A DNA stretch of 44,995 nucleotides from a virus (IMGVR_UViG_3300030372_005089:1-44995); one strand, 5' to 3'; numbered from the stretch's first letter, positions 1 through 8,233 are shown. Numbers and translations: made by a program. Notes: generated from the letters alone by a model not told the origin.

Positions 1-99
1 CCGAAATGCCGTACTTCTTCATTGCCAGTTTCCATGTTTGAGGCAGGTTTACAATGTCGATATTGTTCATAAATACTCCTTTGGGTGTTGCGCTGTCAT
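1..99. repeat. Exact terminal direct repeat (copy at 44897-44995), probably circular assembly overlap
   Basis: Bases 1-99 are identical to 44897-44995; the repeat cuts through the HTH gene. Confidence 0.95.
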
Positions 100-147
100 A
101 AAATCCCGACGCAGGCCGAAGCCCGCGCCGGGAGAGGAGAAAAGAGA

Positions 148-504
148 TTAGGACGTGTGGAAGTCTTCGAGTGCCTCAAGCCGTTCTTCAAGGCTTTTGA
201 TGGTTTTTGCCATCTCGTCGACCTTCACGCACAGTGCACCATACTTGACGGTGCGAAGGTTTGCCGACTTTGGGCTCCGGTTGGCCTGTCGAGGTGATGG
301 AAGTTTCCATTCCATCATGTTCTGAAACATGTGCTTGATGGTGTTCACCGAAACGTTGAAGCCAACAGCGTCCACAACTTCCTTGGTCAACCGATCAATA
401 GTGGGCCTGCTCTCCTCGATTTTGACCCGTTGCGAATTCAGCCAGTTGTACACAATCGTCTTCTTTTTGAAATCGAGACGAACGATTTTTTTCCCATCAT
501 TCAT
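148..504 (-). CDS. Hypothetical protein, possible HTH plus C-terminal coiled coil
   Basis: ATG at 504 preceded by GGAGATAGCA (508-517); MNDGKKIVRL...; heptad-like C-terminus IKSLEERLEALE. Confidence 0.7.
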   Translation of the reverse strand: MNDGKKIVRLDFKKKTIVYNWLNSQRVKIEESRPTIDRLTKEVVDAVGFNVSVNTIKHMFQNMMEWKLPSPRQANRSPKSANLRTVKYGALCVKVDEMAKTIKSLEERLEALEDFHTS

Positions 505-727
505 GGGTGCTATCTCCAATGCCGCACGCACGGCTTGCGATGAGTTCGGCCACTCCGTCGTGGCCGAGGGACATGAACAGTGCGTTGTCGATCTCGACAG
601 GGCGCATGTTCGAAAGAATGTATACAGCACAATCCGTCACAACCTGACCTTGGCTCGTGCCGTCTCGTGGCCACTCGGCAACTCTTTGAGTGACCATATC
701 TCGGATCTTGTGTGCAGTATTAGACAC
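497..727 (-). CDS. Hypothetical early protein (76 aa)
   Basis: GTG at 727 after palindrome and GGAGAAGC RBS; stop overlaps the start of the next gene. Confidence 0.65.
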   Translation of the reverse strand: MSNTAHKIRDMVTQRVAEWPRDGTSQGQVVTDCAVYILSNMRPVEIDNALFMSLGHDGVAELIASRACGIGDSTHE

Positions 728-741
728 TACGCTTCTCCAAT

Positions 742-761
742 AGTTGGTTCGCGAACCAACT
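742..761. repeat. Palindrome motif A (AGTTGGTTCGCGAACCAACT)
   Basis: Perfect 20-bp palindrome just downstream of a promoter and upstream of an RBS. Confidence 0.95.
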
Positions 762-775
762 GTTTTACAAACAGC

Positions 776-804
776 AGTATATGCTAGGGGCGACACCTTG
801 TCAA
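776..804 (-). promoter_or_regulatory. Sigma70-type promoter TTGACA-17-TATACT overlapped by a 13-bp inverted repeat (778-790/805-817)
   Basis: Minus strand reads TTGACA AGGTGTCGCCCCTAGCA TATACT. Confidence 0.8.
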
Positions 805-821
805 CCCCTAGCATATAATTT

Positions 822-1430
822 TCAATCGTTTTCTTCAGTATCCTCCATAAGATAGTCTAGAAGGCCGGAAAAATACCCGCATCCACGCATTGACTCGCGG
901 ATTTGCTCGACCAAAGTGAGCATGTCAAAGCAACACAGGCTGTCTGATTGCTTCGGTGCGTGTGGGTTTTCCGGTCCAGATGTGTGGTCGGCAAAATGCA
1001 GGCACCACTGTCGTATGAACGACACAGTGGCAACCGCAATCTTGAACTGATCGACCTTGACCGAGATTTCCTTTGCATCGCCAATCGCCCCCCATAGACC
1101 TAGCAACAAATCTATGTTCTTGATGTGCTTCTCGGTGACGTGCAAGACGGCCTTTTGAATATCCTCTGGAATGCCGTTGAAAACGGCTGAAACGTCGATG
1201 CTGGGAACCAGAGTGATCCCCTCTTTTATTTCAAGTTGTTCGCCCTGTGTCCGTGACGGCACGAAGGCCGCATAACAGACCTGTGCAGGCGGGACACCCC
1301 GCCGGGACAGGTACTCTTCAAAGCCCGAGACAAACTCGCCCGCAGCCTCACACACACTGTTGCCCTTGAGCAGGTCCATGACCTTGCCCACCGATTCGCT
1401 CAGAGCCTTCTTGTTTTCTTCTTCGTTCAT
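822..1430 (-). CDS. Hypothetical protein
   Basis: 202-aa ORF with palindrome and GGAGAGATAGCA leader directly upstream. Confidence 0.8.
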   Translation of the reverse strand: MNEEENKKALSESVGKVMDLLKGNSVCEAAGEFVSGFEEYLSRRGVPPAQVCYAAFVPSRTQGEQLEIKEGITLVPSIDVSAVFNGIPEDIQKAVLHVTEKHIKNIDLLLGLWGAIGDAKEISVKVDQFKIAVATVSFIRQWCLHFADHTSGPENPHAPKQSDSLCCFDMLTLVEQIRESMRGCGYFSGLLDYLMEDTEEND

Positions 1431-1447
1431 AGTGCTATCTCTCCATT

Positions 1448-1467
1448 AGTTGGTTCGCGAACCAACT
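1448..1467. repeat. Palindrome motif A
   Basis: Perfect 20-bp copy between the vWA gene stop and the next RBS. Confidence 0.95.
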
Positions 1468-1472
1468 TGTTG

Positions 1473-3152
1473 TCAAAGGGTTGCTGCCAGCCGATCCACG
1501 AGGATTGGCCCAAGAGAAACCTTTTCGGGGTCGGGGATTATGATTTTTCCGGGTACATCCCATTCCCGCCCACGCAGCGTTCTGTGCGCCGCAGACTCGC
1601 CAAACAGTATGGGTATAAACTCAATTCCCTCAGCACTTACATCTCGCAAGATGTGCCTGCAATCGTCGGTGCATCCATCGGATAGAAAGAAAACAACTCG
1701 CCTATCCTCTGACCTGCCCCGTATATGCGCAAGGCTGGTCTTGATGGCCCTGCTTGCGTTAGTCCCGCCACCAAAGCCAATACTCAGTTTGTTTCGCAAA
1801 ACCCCGGCGGGTTGCGCAAACAACTTTTCGACCTTTGTATCGTTAGAGTATCGGATGACCATGGATTTGATTTTCGCACGGTCACAGGCGATTGCAAGCA
1901 TTCCGGCCGCACGCCACGCATTCAGACTGTAAGCACCATTCATGCTGCCTGAGTCGTCGATGCAAAACACAACAGCAGTGCCGTTGCGCGGCGCCTTCTT
2001 TTTGCGACGGAGCAGGTCGCTGGTCAGCCCCTTCAGGAATGGGACGGCATTGCGTTGTGCAATGCGCACACCGCTCTGTTTGGGTCGGGACAGAGAGGCA
2101 CGCTCTTGCCCTCGAAGGCGGTCAACAACTTGGCCTGCCATGCCTGCCGCCCATTCTGCCCAAGCATAGTTTTTTCTGGCCTCAGACTCGTCGGGGGAAG
2201 ACTCTTGTTCTCCACCGAACGACAGGTACATTCCATGGGGGGTCCGATTGAGATTGTCCTCAGTAACCCGCTTGTCTTGTGGCAAAGAGTCGTCGCACAG
2301 TTCTTCTTCGAGCATCTTCTCGACAAGTCCACGGGACCACCGTTCCTGATGCTGGTCTCGGTACGCCTCTTGGGCGGCTTTGTCCCCTAATTCGACTTGT
2401 TGTGAGGTTGGTGCGCCTTCTTCGTCTAGTCCAAGAGACTGCTCTGGCGGTCGGTCTTCTTCAGGAAGATTATCTCCCGAGCCAAGAAGCCTACAGATCA
2501 GTTTGGCCAACTCAGACAAACTTGATGTGTACGGAAATTCATCAACAGCATCCCGGATGCGATCGACTTTATCGTAGACCCCGGCCAACTGGAATTTCAT
2601 GTGTAAATATTCCATGAGTCCGCCGTGATTTAAAACAGAATCGTCTTCACGAAACTCTGGGTTGATACACCCGCTGTAGATCAGGTGGCACAAGCATGTG
2701 TGTACGTCCATTTTTTCCTCATCAAGACCATCAACGTACTTGACCCACATGTCTGTGGAAATAGACCTTCCGCGTTCATAAACACCGTAAATCCCCTTGC
2801 TGGAGTTGATCTCCAACTGTTCGATCCGAAGGTCTTCAAGAAGATTGATGACAAATCCGAACATCTGGTGGCAGTACGCCCCAGAGGATGAGATCACCTC
2901 GCACTTGTTCTGGCTATGCTTGATGTGGGCGTGCTCGTGGTGGACGAGATATCGCACGAAGTCGATCTCGTCCCATGCGAGATATCGCCGCATAGCGTGC
3001 GGCAGGTAAATGGTTTCTTTGCCATCAGTAGAGGCGGAATCTCCAACCTCCATCTTGATGCCCTTGGAGAGCAGCATGGATGCCGTCCTGCCAAGGGTGT
3101 TACACACGTCGTACGCATACGACGTTGCCTTATTGAAAAAATTCTGAAACAT
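1473..3152 (-). CDS. CobT-like vWA-domain protein with N-terminal HExxH motif
   Basis: MIDAS DDSGSM, GGGT and LSDG motifs; HHEHAH and NLLEDLRIE near the N-terminus; adjacent to AAA+ ATPase. Confidence 0.85.
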   Translation of the reverse strand: MFQNFFNKATSYAYDVCNTLGRTASMLLSKGIKMEVGDSASTDGKETIYLPHAMRRYLAWDEIDFVRYLVHHEHAHIKHSQNKCEVISSSGAYCHQMFGFVINLLEDLRIEQLEINSSKGIYGVYERGRSISTDMWVKYVDGLDEEKMDVHTCLCHLIYSGCINPEFREDDSVLNHGGLMEYLHMKFQLAGVYDKVDRIRDAVDEFPYTSSLSELAKLICRLLGSGDNLPEEDRPPEQSLGLDEEGAPTSQQVELGDKAAQEAYRDQHQERWSRGLVEKMLEEELCDDSLPQDKRVTEDNLNRTPHGMYLSFGGEQESSPDESEARKNYAWAEWAAGMAGQVVDRLRGQERASLSRPKQSGVRIAQRNAVPFLKGLTSDLLRRKKKAPRNGTAVVFCIDDSGSMNGAYSLNAWRAAGMLAIACDRAKIKSMVIRYSNDTKVEKLFAQPAGVLRNKLSIGFGGGTNASRAIKTSLAHIRGRSEDRRVVFFLSDGCTDDCRHILRDVSAEGIEFIPILFGESAAHRTLRGREWDVPGKIIIPDPEKVSLGPILVDRLAATL

Positions 3153-3164
3153 GTAATTGTCTCC

Positions 3165-3184
3165 AGTTTGTACGCGTACAAACT
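3165..3184. repeat. Variant palindrome motif A (AGTTTGTACGCGTACAAACT)
   Basis: Perfect 20-bp palindrome differing from motif A by two symmetric base pairs; directly before the GGAG RBS of the vWA gene. Confidence 0.85.
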
Positions 3185-3237
3185 TGGTTTAAGGCAGGGG
3201 GGCGGCTACGCCGCCACCCCCCCGACCCCGATTGAAA

Positions 3238-5145
3238 TCAAACAAGCGTGGTAATAGCCAACTCGTTGGCTACCTGCCGGTCACGTTCCGGCAGTTGGGA
3301 GATAATCGTGGACACCACGGCCTTCTCCCTCGCAACTCCACGGCTGCGAGCAGCGGCATACGAAAGCATGTGCCGAAGGCACACAGGTTCGGACATGCCG
3401 TCGAACGACTCGCCCGAGTCCTGCTTGGCAACGGACTCGCGAGTCCTGTTTGCGAAGTCCACGATCTGTCTTGCGTCGCGCACATCCAGACCGTGCGTTA
3501 CCAACAGCGTTGCTTCGTGTTCTTCCTTCATGTAGTCAACCATGAAGGCGGCGTGGATGCGGCTGTTGAAGGCCGAATCCGACACGTTGGCTGAGGCGTG
3601 GCGACCGTTCTGATCACCATGCCCAGTGGTGTTCCGGGTCAAGACAAACCGAAGGTTGTCGTGAACAGGAATGACCTCGCCCGTGGGCAAGGTGTACGCA
3701 CGGCCTTCGACCACGCCGTGGAATTCACTCTGGATTTCCGGTGGTGCGTGGTCGAACTCGTCGAACACGACTATGTGTGGCACGTTGGGATCTTGTGCAG
3801 CCGCACGCATGGCTGCGGTGATCTCCCCGTCAACAAAGACCTGCCCACCATTCTGGATCTTGTCCACGCCGATCAACTGCTCCACGGGCTTGTCCCGTGT
3901 GAACTGGACGATGAACACCGGGCAGCCGGTCAAGTAGCCAATCTGCCGGACGATGGAAGTCTTGCCAGTCCCCGGAGGTCCGACGAGACTGGTCACACGG
4001 TTGTGGTACACCGCATCCATGAGGTCATGCGCATCGAACTCGATGCGGTTTGCCCCCGTGCCGTACCGCTGAGATGCGGTCCAGAACTCGACGCAGTAGT
4101 TGGGAATCGGTGCCGGTGCGTTGGCGTGCCCATAGTACGGGTATGTCTTGCCGCCAAGTTCAATGGTGTTCTCGGCGGGCACGCTTGGTTCGCGAACCAA
4201 CTTGATGGAGGAGATCATGGCCTCCATCTCAACAACCTTGCCCTGTGCTTCCGCAATCTTTTCGTGCATGGTCTGCACGGCTTCGGCTGCCCACTCGGTT
4301 TTGAGTGCCAACTCATGTTCCAAGAGGGCTTGGGCACGCTTCGCGTTTGCAAGTCCCATGCCCGCATCACAGGCGCGGCTTACCTCCCTCTGCCCCTCTG
4401 TCCGTATTTCTAAGGCCATATGCCGGAAGACCCGGCGGTGGGAGTTTGCGATGTATGGCCCTTCACTGGGCTCCAACTCCTCGGGAAGGTCTTCCACCCT
4501 TCCGTCCATGGCGTCATACGTCATGATCGCGTAACCGTCCTCGGCTGCGACCGCAACGAGGAATTCGCCGGGCTTGAGGTAATCATACACTTCGCCTCGC
4601 CAGTCGATGCGCGACGCCAAGATGGCTTTGACCACATCATCCTTCTTGATGCTGTCGGGCTTTGCGCCCATTGCGTTGCAAAGATTCCGCAACCTCTTGG
4701 AAGTCCACGAACCGAGGCTTTCGTACATGGGCACACTGTTCTCGATTGCGATATCCACCCAATCGTCGAAACAAGTGATCTGGACATCCTCCCCGTAGGG
4801 GTAGATGGTCTTGAACGCGCCCGCGACGCCGTTCATGAAAGCGACAAGGGTGCATTTTTCGGAGAACTGTGCTTCCCACCACTTGAACATCTGTTCTTTG
4901 TCAAACCGGAAAAAAAGAGTTTCGTCCCCGTCGTTGTCGTAGCCACGGACGAGCCAACATGCGGGATCGTTTTCATCAAAGCTCCTGTAGTGCGCAAGTC
5001 CCCGGCAGTCGTCCTCGTCCACATAGGGGACGACCGAGAACCCAAACGGCTCCCCTGTTTCAAAGGGGTCTTTTCGAAGTTTGGGGTCGAGCACCCAAAA
5101 GATTTCCCGACCGGCTTCGCCGTTGTTCAAAATCTGCTTATTCAC
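3238..5145 (-). CDS. MoxR/CobS-like AAA+ ATPase with long N-terminal extension
   Basis: Walker A GPPGTGKT, Walker B VVFDEFD, AFNSRI arginine-finger region; GTG start at 5145 after GGAGATAGCA. Confidence 0.88.
   Translation of the reverse strand: MNKQILNNGEAGREIFWVLDPKLRKDPFETGEPFGFSVVPYVDEDDCRGLAHYRSFDENDPACWLVRGYDNDGDETLFFRFDKEQMFKWWEAQFSEKCTLVAFMNGVAGAFKTIYPYGEDVQITCFDDWVDIAIENSVPMYESLGSWTSKRLRNLCNAMGAKPDSIKKDDVVKAILASRIDWRGEVYDYLKPGEFLVAVAAEDGYAIMTYDAMDGRVEDLPEELEPSEGPYIANSHRRVFRHMALEIRTEGQREVSRACDAGMGLANAKRAQALLEHELALKTEWAAEAVQTMHEKIAEAQGKVVEMEAMISSIKLVREPSVPAENTIELGGKTYPYYGHANAPAPIPNYCVEFWTASQRYGTGANRIEFDAHDLMDAVYHNRVTSLVGPPGTGKTSIVRQIGYLTGCPVFIVQFTRDKPVEQLIGVDKIQNGGQVFVDGEITAAMRAAAQDPNVPHIVVFDEFDHAPPEIQSEFHGVVEGRAYTLPTGEVIPVHDNLRFVLTRNTTGHGDQNGRHASANVSDSAFNSRIHAAFMVDYMKEEHEATLLVTHGLDVRDARQIVDFANRTRESVAKQDSGESFDGMSEPVCLRHMLSYAAARSRGVAREKAVVSTIISQLPERDRQVANELAITTLV
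4185..4200. repeat. Palindrome motif A core inside the AAA+ gene
   Basis: TTGGTTCGCGAACCAA, encoding LVREP. Confidence 0.9.
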
Positions 5146-5180
5146 TGTGCTATCTCCGATAGTTGGTTCGCGAACCAACT
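5146..5180 (-). promoter_or_regulatory. 35-bp gene-start cassette (palindrome A + GGAGATAGCACA)
   Basis: 34/35 identical to 6883-6917. Confidence 0.9.
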
Positions 5181-5232
5181 GTTAGGGGTTGTGCTGACTG
5201 GGCTACGTTGCCCAGACCAGCAGGCTGTGCCA

Positions 5233-5538
5233 TCAGCAATCCGATGGCTGTACATCCCGGTCATCCGTGTCCGGGAGTGGAATACGAAAAGCCTCGAACA
5301 AACTGTCCGTGGCTTTGTTTGCTTGGATCATCTGCACCCGATGGCGCATGAGGGCGAAGGCTTCCATGGCCTTGCAGATCGTCTTTGCGATTTGCACTCG
5401 GTCGATGTACTCGTCCTCGTCAATGGTGTACGATTCACCATCTATGATGACGGTGAATTCCGAATCAAACGTGATCTCTTTGGCGTTGTGGAACGCGTCC
5501 AGATGATCCTGAAAATTTGCATTGGTTATGCTGTTCAC
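5233..5538 (-). CDS. Hypothetical protein
   Basis: GTG start overlapping the upstream stop; GGAG RBS. Confidence 0.7.
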   Translation of the reverse strand: MNSITNANFQDHLDAFHNAKEITFDSEFTVIIDGESYTIDEDEYIDRVQIAKTICKAMEAFALMRHRVQMIQANKATDSLFEAFRIPLPDTDDRDVQPSDC

Positions 5539-6050
5539 TGTTTATCTTCTCCAGTTAGATCGAATGGCCCAATCTCTTTTCCTTCCCCCACCAGTTCTTG
5601 GTCCAGTGTGGACCCGTCGTATTGAGCGGACGGAAAACCGTCCTTCAGCCACTCCAACATTCGGGGAGGCCAGCCCCTTTCTTCGTGCATTCGGTAGTGG
5701 CTGGAGTGTTCGGCAATGATCGCCTCCGGTTGGAGGACTCGATCCCACCAGCCTTGTGAATATTTGGGGTTACGCAAGACTAGATAGTGACCGCATTCGG
5801 GCGTGGAGGGTTCATACTCGTCGTTGCATGGCCGTGGGACCATGCCCATCGCCAGCCGTGCAGCGTGCGACTCGAAGTCTAAAGGCTCCTTCCTACGCTT
5901 TTCGTCGTGCTCCTTGAGTATGGCTGCGGCTTCTTCCGTCAGCCAGTCATGGTCGACACCGGTTATGAGCCAGCCGTGCAACCATAGGTGCTTGCCCATT
6001 GCGCGGTAGAGTTCAAAGGCTCCCTCGTGTACTTGTTTCATGAACGACAT
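5535..6050 (-). CDS. Hypothetical protein
   Basis: 171-aa ORF with GGAGG RBS immediately after a palindrome A copy. Confidence 0.75.
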   Translation of the reverse strand: MSFMKQVHEGAFELYRAMGKHLWLHGWLITGVDHDWLTEEAAAILKEHDEKRRKEPLDFESHAARLAMGMVPRPCNDEYEPSTPECGHYLVLRNPKYSQGWWDRVLQPEAIIAEHSSHYRMHEERGWPPRMLEWLKDGFPSAQYDGSTLDQELVGEGKEIGPFDLTGEDKQ

Positions 6051-6331
6051 TCGCCACCTCCAGTTGGTTCGCGAACCAAGTCACGGTCGGCCATGGCGAG
6101 CATCAGCCCGCCAGTCTGGGGGTTATGGAGTTGGTACTCTTGGGTTCGGGTGTCGAATGTCCCCGATGAGAGCGCCGCGTCCACCACGGTCAGCAGGGTC
6201 TCGCCACGCTGGATGCGGATGGCTTGGTCCACGGCCCAAATGTCGTCCCACATCTTGACGACCATGCCCCGGCACCGGGCCTCGGTGCACAGGGCGGATT
6301 CAAAAGCGGTTTTCATTTCGTTAGTAGTCAT
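6038..6331 (-). CDS. Hypothetical protein
   Basis: ATGA coupling with the upstream 50-aa ORF; 3' end contains palindrome A. Confidence 0.65.
   Translation of the reverse strand: MTTNEMKTAFESALCTEARCRGMVVKMWDDIWAVDQAIRIQRGETLLTVVDAALSSGTFDTRTQEYQLHNPQTGGLMLAMADRDLVREPTGGGECRS
6064..6079. repeat. Palindrome motif A core
   Basis: TTGGTTCGCGAACCAA upstream of the RBS of 5535-6050. Confidence 0.9.
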
Positions 6332-6480
6332 TCGTCGTCCCCTGTAAAAAGGAGAAGTAGGGCGTGGTAGAGTTCGTATTCCACTCCCGTCGATTGGTCA
6401 CGCAACGCACGGAAGTACGCTGCCCTGTCTCGACGCCCACTGGGGGCGTCGATGATGTTGTGAATCAAACTAGGGTTCAT
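6328..6480 (-). CDS. Small hypothetical protein (50 aa, MNPSLIHNII...), absent from ORF track
   Basis: Translated by hand; GGAGACAGCAC leader; TGA overlaps the next ATG. Confidence 0.7.
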   Translation of the reverse strand: MNPSLIHNIIDAPSGRRDRAAYFRALRDQSTGVEYELYHALLLLFTGDDE

Positions 6481-6512
6481 GTGCTGTCTCCGATAGTTGG
6501 TTCGCGAACCAA
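6480..6512 (-). promoter_or_regulatory. Gene-start cassette (palindrome A core 6497-6512 + GGAGACAGCAC)
   Basis: Near-identical to 5146-5180. Confidence 0.9.
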
Positions 6513-6513
6513 G

Positions 6514-6882
6514 TCAGGCCACGTATTCCTGTGTGTACCAATCCATCGCCTCGTCGGCGGTGACAAAACGACCAAATTCTTCATCGTTGCATCCCAACGT
6601 GTCAAAGGCCGAGCACGGCCACATCTCGCTGGTGCCCAGCCACGGGGCAGGCACCCAACCCTTGCGGGTAGGCACCACGCTGTAGTAGGTCCACGACGCA
6701 TGGATGTCCGGGTGTGCCGGACTGTGGAACACGTCGTCCGTGTCCGGACGCCAGAACACTGGGTGTGTACCTTCACGCGCCTCACGCACCGCACGCCACA
6801 TGCGGGCGGCGGTGAAGATCGAGGCCAGCCGACCGGTTCCGTGGTTGCGGCAGGACTTGTAGATGCGAGTGAAATCGTTCAT
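6514..6882 (-). CDS. Hypothetical protein, first gene after the strong early promoter
   Basis: ATG at 6882 after the cassette; Trp-rich 122 aa. Confidence 0.75.
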   Translation of the reverse strand: MNDFTRIYKSCRNHGTGRLASIFTAARMWRAVREAREGTHPVFWRPDTDDVFHSPAHPDIHASWTYYSVVPTRKGWVPAPWLGTSEMWPCSAFDTLGCNDEEFGRFVTADEAMDWYTQEYVA

Positions 6883-6917
6883 TGTGCTATCTCCGTTAGT
6901 TGGTTCGCGAACCAACT
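6883..6917 (-). promoter_or_regulatory. 35-bp gene-start cassette (palindrome A 6898-6917 + GGAGATAGCACA)
   Basis: 34/35 identical to 5146-5180. Confidence 0.9.
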
Positions 6918-6965
6918 TTGTGGTGTAAATCAGGCGCGCAGAGTGCGCACCTCGATCATATGTAT

Positions 6966-6993
6966 ATTATACCATAAAATTTTAGTTTGTCAA
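6966..6993 (-). promoter_or_regulatory. Consensus sigma70-type early promoter TTGACA-16-TATAAT with TGn extension
   Basis: Minus strand reads TTGACA AACTAAAATTTTATGG TATAAT. Confidence 0.85.
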
Positions 6994-7019
6994 CCCCCTA
7001 ACCCGAGATGTTGGTGCCC

Positions 7020-7035
7020 GTCAACTATGGTTGAC
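7020..7035. promoter_or_regulatory. Palindrome motif B (GTCAAC-TATG-GTTGAC)
   Basis: One of six GTMAAC-N4-GTTKAC sites; about 27 bp upstream of the -35 box. Confidence 0.75.
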
Positions 7036-7079
7036 TAGCGGGTTGTCGTTGCTCTCCTCGCGCGTGATGGACTGTCGGC

Positions 7080-7165
7080 ATGTGGTCGTTGCCGTATGTG
7101 GTCGTTGCGCTGTCATTTGCCGCCCGTGTCCGTATGTGGTCGTAGGGTCGCGCTTGCGCTGTCAT
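7080..7165. repeat. Cluster of short direct repeats: ATGTGGTCGT x3 and TTGCGCTGTCAT x2
   Basis: Copies at 7080, 7096, 7134 and at 7105, 7154. Confidence 0.75.
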
Positions 7166-7219
7166 CGAACCGGAGGTGAGATGACCGGCGGCGGGGGCGG
7201 CGGGGGCGGGGCGAGCGCA

Positions 7220-7247
7220 TAAAAAAACCCCCGGCCAGAGCCGGGGG
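7220..7247 (-). terminator. Rho-independent terminator
   Basis: CCCCCGGC/GCCGGGGG stem followed by a T7 tract on the minus strand. Confidence 0.8.
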
Positions 7248-7249
7248 AA

Positions 7250-7267
7250 GTTGGTTCGCGAACCAAC
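7250..7267. repeat. Palindrome motif A
   Basis: 18-bp perfect copy abutting the terminator. Confidence 0.9.
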
Positions 7268-7380
7268 CTAACGGTCCACGTTTCCGAAAATCGGGGCGAT
7301 TGTGCAGAGTGCCATACCGACCACCCCCACAAGAAAACAGGTCCAGCCGAGCATTTCAATCATTGTATTCTCCAGAAGGG

Positions 7381-7404
7381 AAAGCCCCCCCCGGCGGGGG
7401 GGGC
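7381..7404 (-). terminator. GC hairpin, possible weak terminator
   Basis: GCCCCCCCC-GGC-GGGGGGGGC about 10 nt after the stop of 7415-8233; only a short T tract. Confidence 0.5.
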
Positions 7405-7414
7405 GGTTCACGTT

Positions 7415-8233
7415 TCAACCTTTGCGGGCTTCCGTTGCGGCCCTGTCCAGCATGGCCGCCAGTTCCGCTGCACCCTTATGGCCCAACGTCTCAATCAGGC
7501 CCGCGATGAATCCGGCGCGCTTGCGCTTGTCGGTCCACAGTTCATCGGCACCCTCAAGCGTAGCCTTGAGGGTATCCGCTGCGGTCTTGTTTTCCTTCGA
7601 CGCCCCGCCGTTGTCGGTGCGGTTCTTGCGCTTGGCAGCCAGTTCCAGATTGTTGGCGTGCCGTTCTTTCAGGGTGTCGGATTCGGGGAAAACCAGCGCG
7701 GCTGCGCGGGTGGTTTCGGTGTTCTTGTTCGGTGCCTTTCGGTCGAACGTCTTGACCATGGTGCCGACGCGCTTTCCGACGATGGCTTTCGCCTCCTTCG
7801 TGGCCATGGTGCGGCCGATTGCGGGCTTCAATTCTTCCCGGATGTCCGACTCTGCGGTCCTGAAAGCCTTTTCCCACTGGACCAACGCAGCCAGCCCAAG
7901 CCCGGGGGCAGCGCCGTATTGAGCCACGGCGATGGAAGCTTTGGACCATTTCGAGCATTCCGGCTCGTCCATATTTTCAGCATCGGCACCGAAAAACGAA
8001 CGGACAATTTCCGGCTGCTTTGCACCATCGGGGCGTGCATCGCCGTGGAGAATCAGGTGGAGCCACTGAAGTTCCGACGCCATACGGCCTTCGCACTCGT
8101 CTGCACCCTTCAGGTGGTCCAATTTATCCGCGTATGCGTCCATGGCCGTACGACTGGAATTTGCCACGTCATCGGCCATGGCCGTGGGCAATGTCAAGGT
8201 AATTGTGCCCATTGTGATTGACTTAGTTTTCAT
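7415..8233 (-). CDS. Hypothetical Ala/Lys-rich protein in its own transcription unit
   Basis: ATG at 8233 (MKTKSITMG) with AAGGA RBS; own promoter upstream and hairpins downstream. Confidence 0.75.
   Translation of the reverse strand: MKTKSITMGTITLTLPTAMADDVANSSRTAMDAYADKLDHLKGADECEGRMASELQWLHLILHGDARPDGAKQPEIVRSFFGADAENMDEPECSKWSKASIAVAQYGAAPGLGLAALVQWEKAFRTAESDIREELKPAIGRTMATKEAKAIVGKRVGTMVKTFDRKAPNKNTETTRAAALVFPESDTLKERHANNLELAAKRKNRTDNGGASKENKTAADTLKATLEGADELWTDKRKRAGFIAGLIETLGHKGAAELAAMLDRAATEARKG

Noticed and set aside
1-99. 99-bp repeat as a biological terminal repeat
   Set aside because: It interrupts a gene and its length fits an assembler k-mer overlap; real termini are more plausibly near 8.2-9.1 kb
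3197-3220. GC hairpin between the AAA+ and vWA genes as a terminator
   Set aside because: No U tract on either strand; may be a stabilising hairpin but cannot be called a terminator
5146-5178. Shared N-terminal peptide MVREPT in many listed ORFs
   Set aside because: Artefact of translating the DNA palindrome; real starts lie downstream of the RBS
5146-6917. Cassettes as true integron attC sites
   Set aside because: Too short, perfect palindromes without extrahelical bases, and no tyrosine recombinase was recognised
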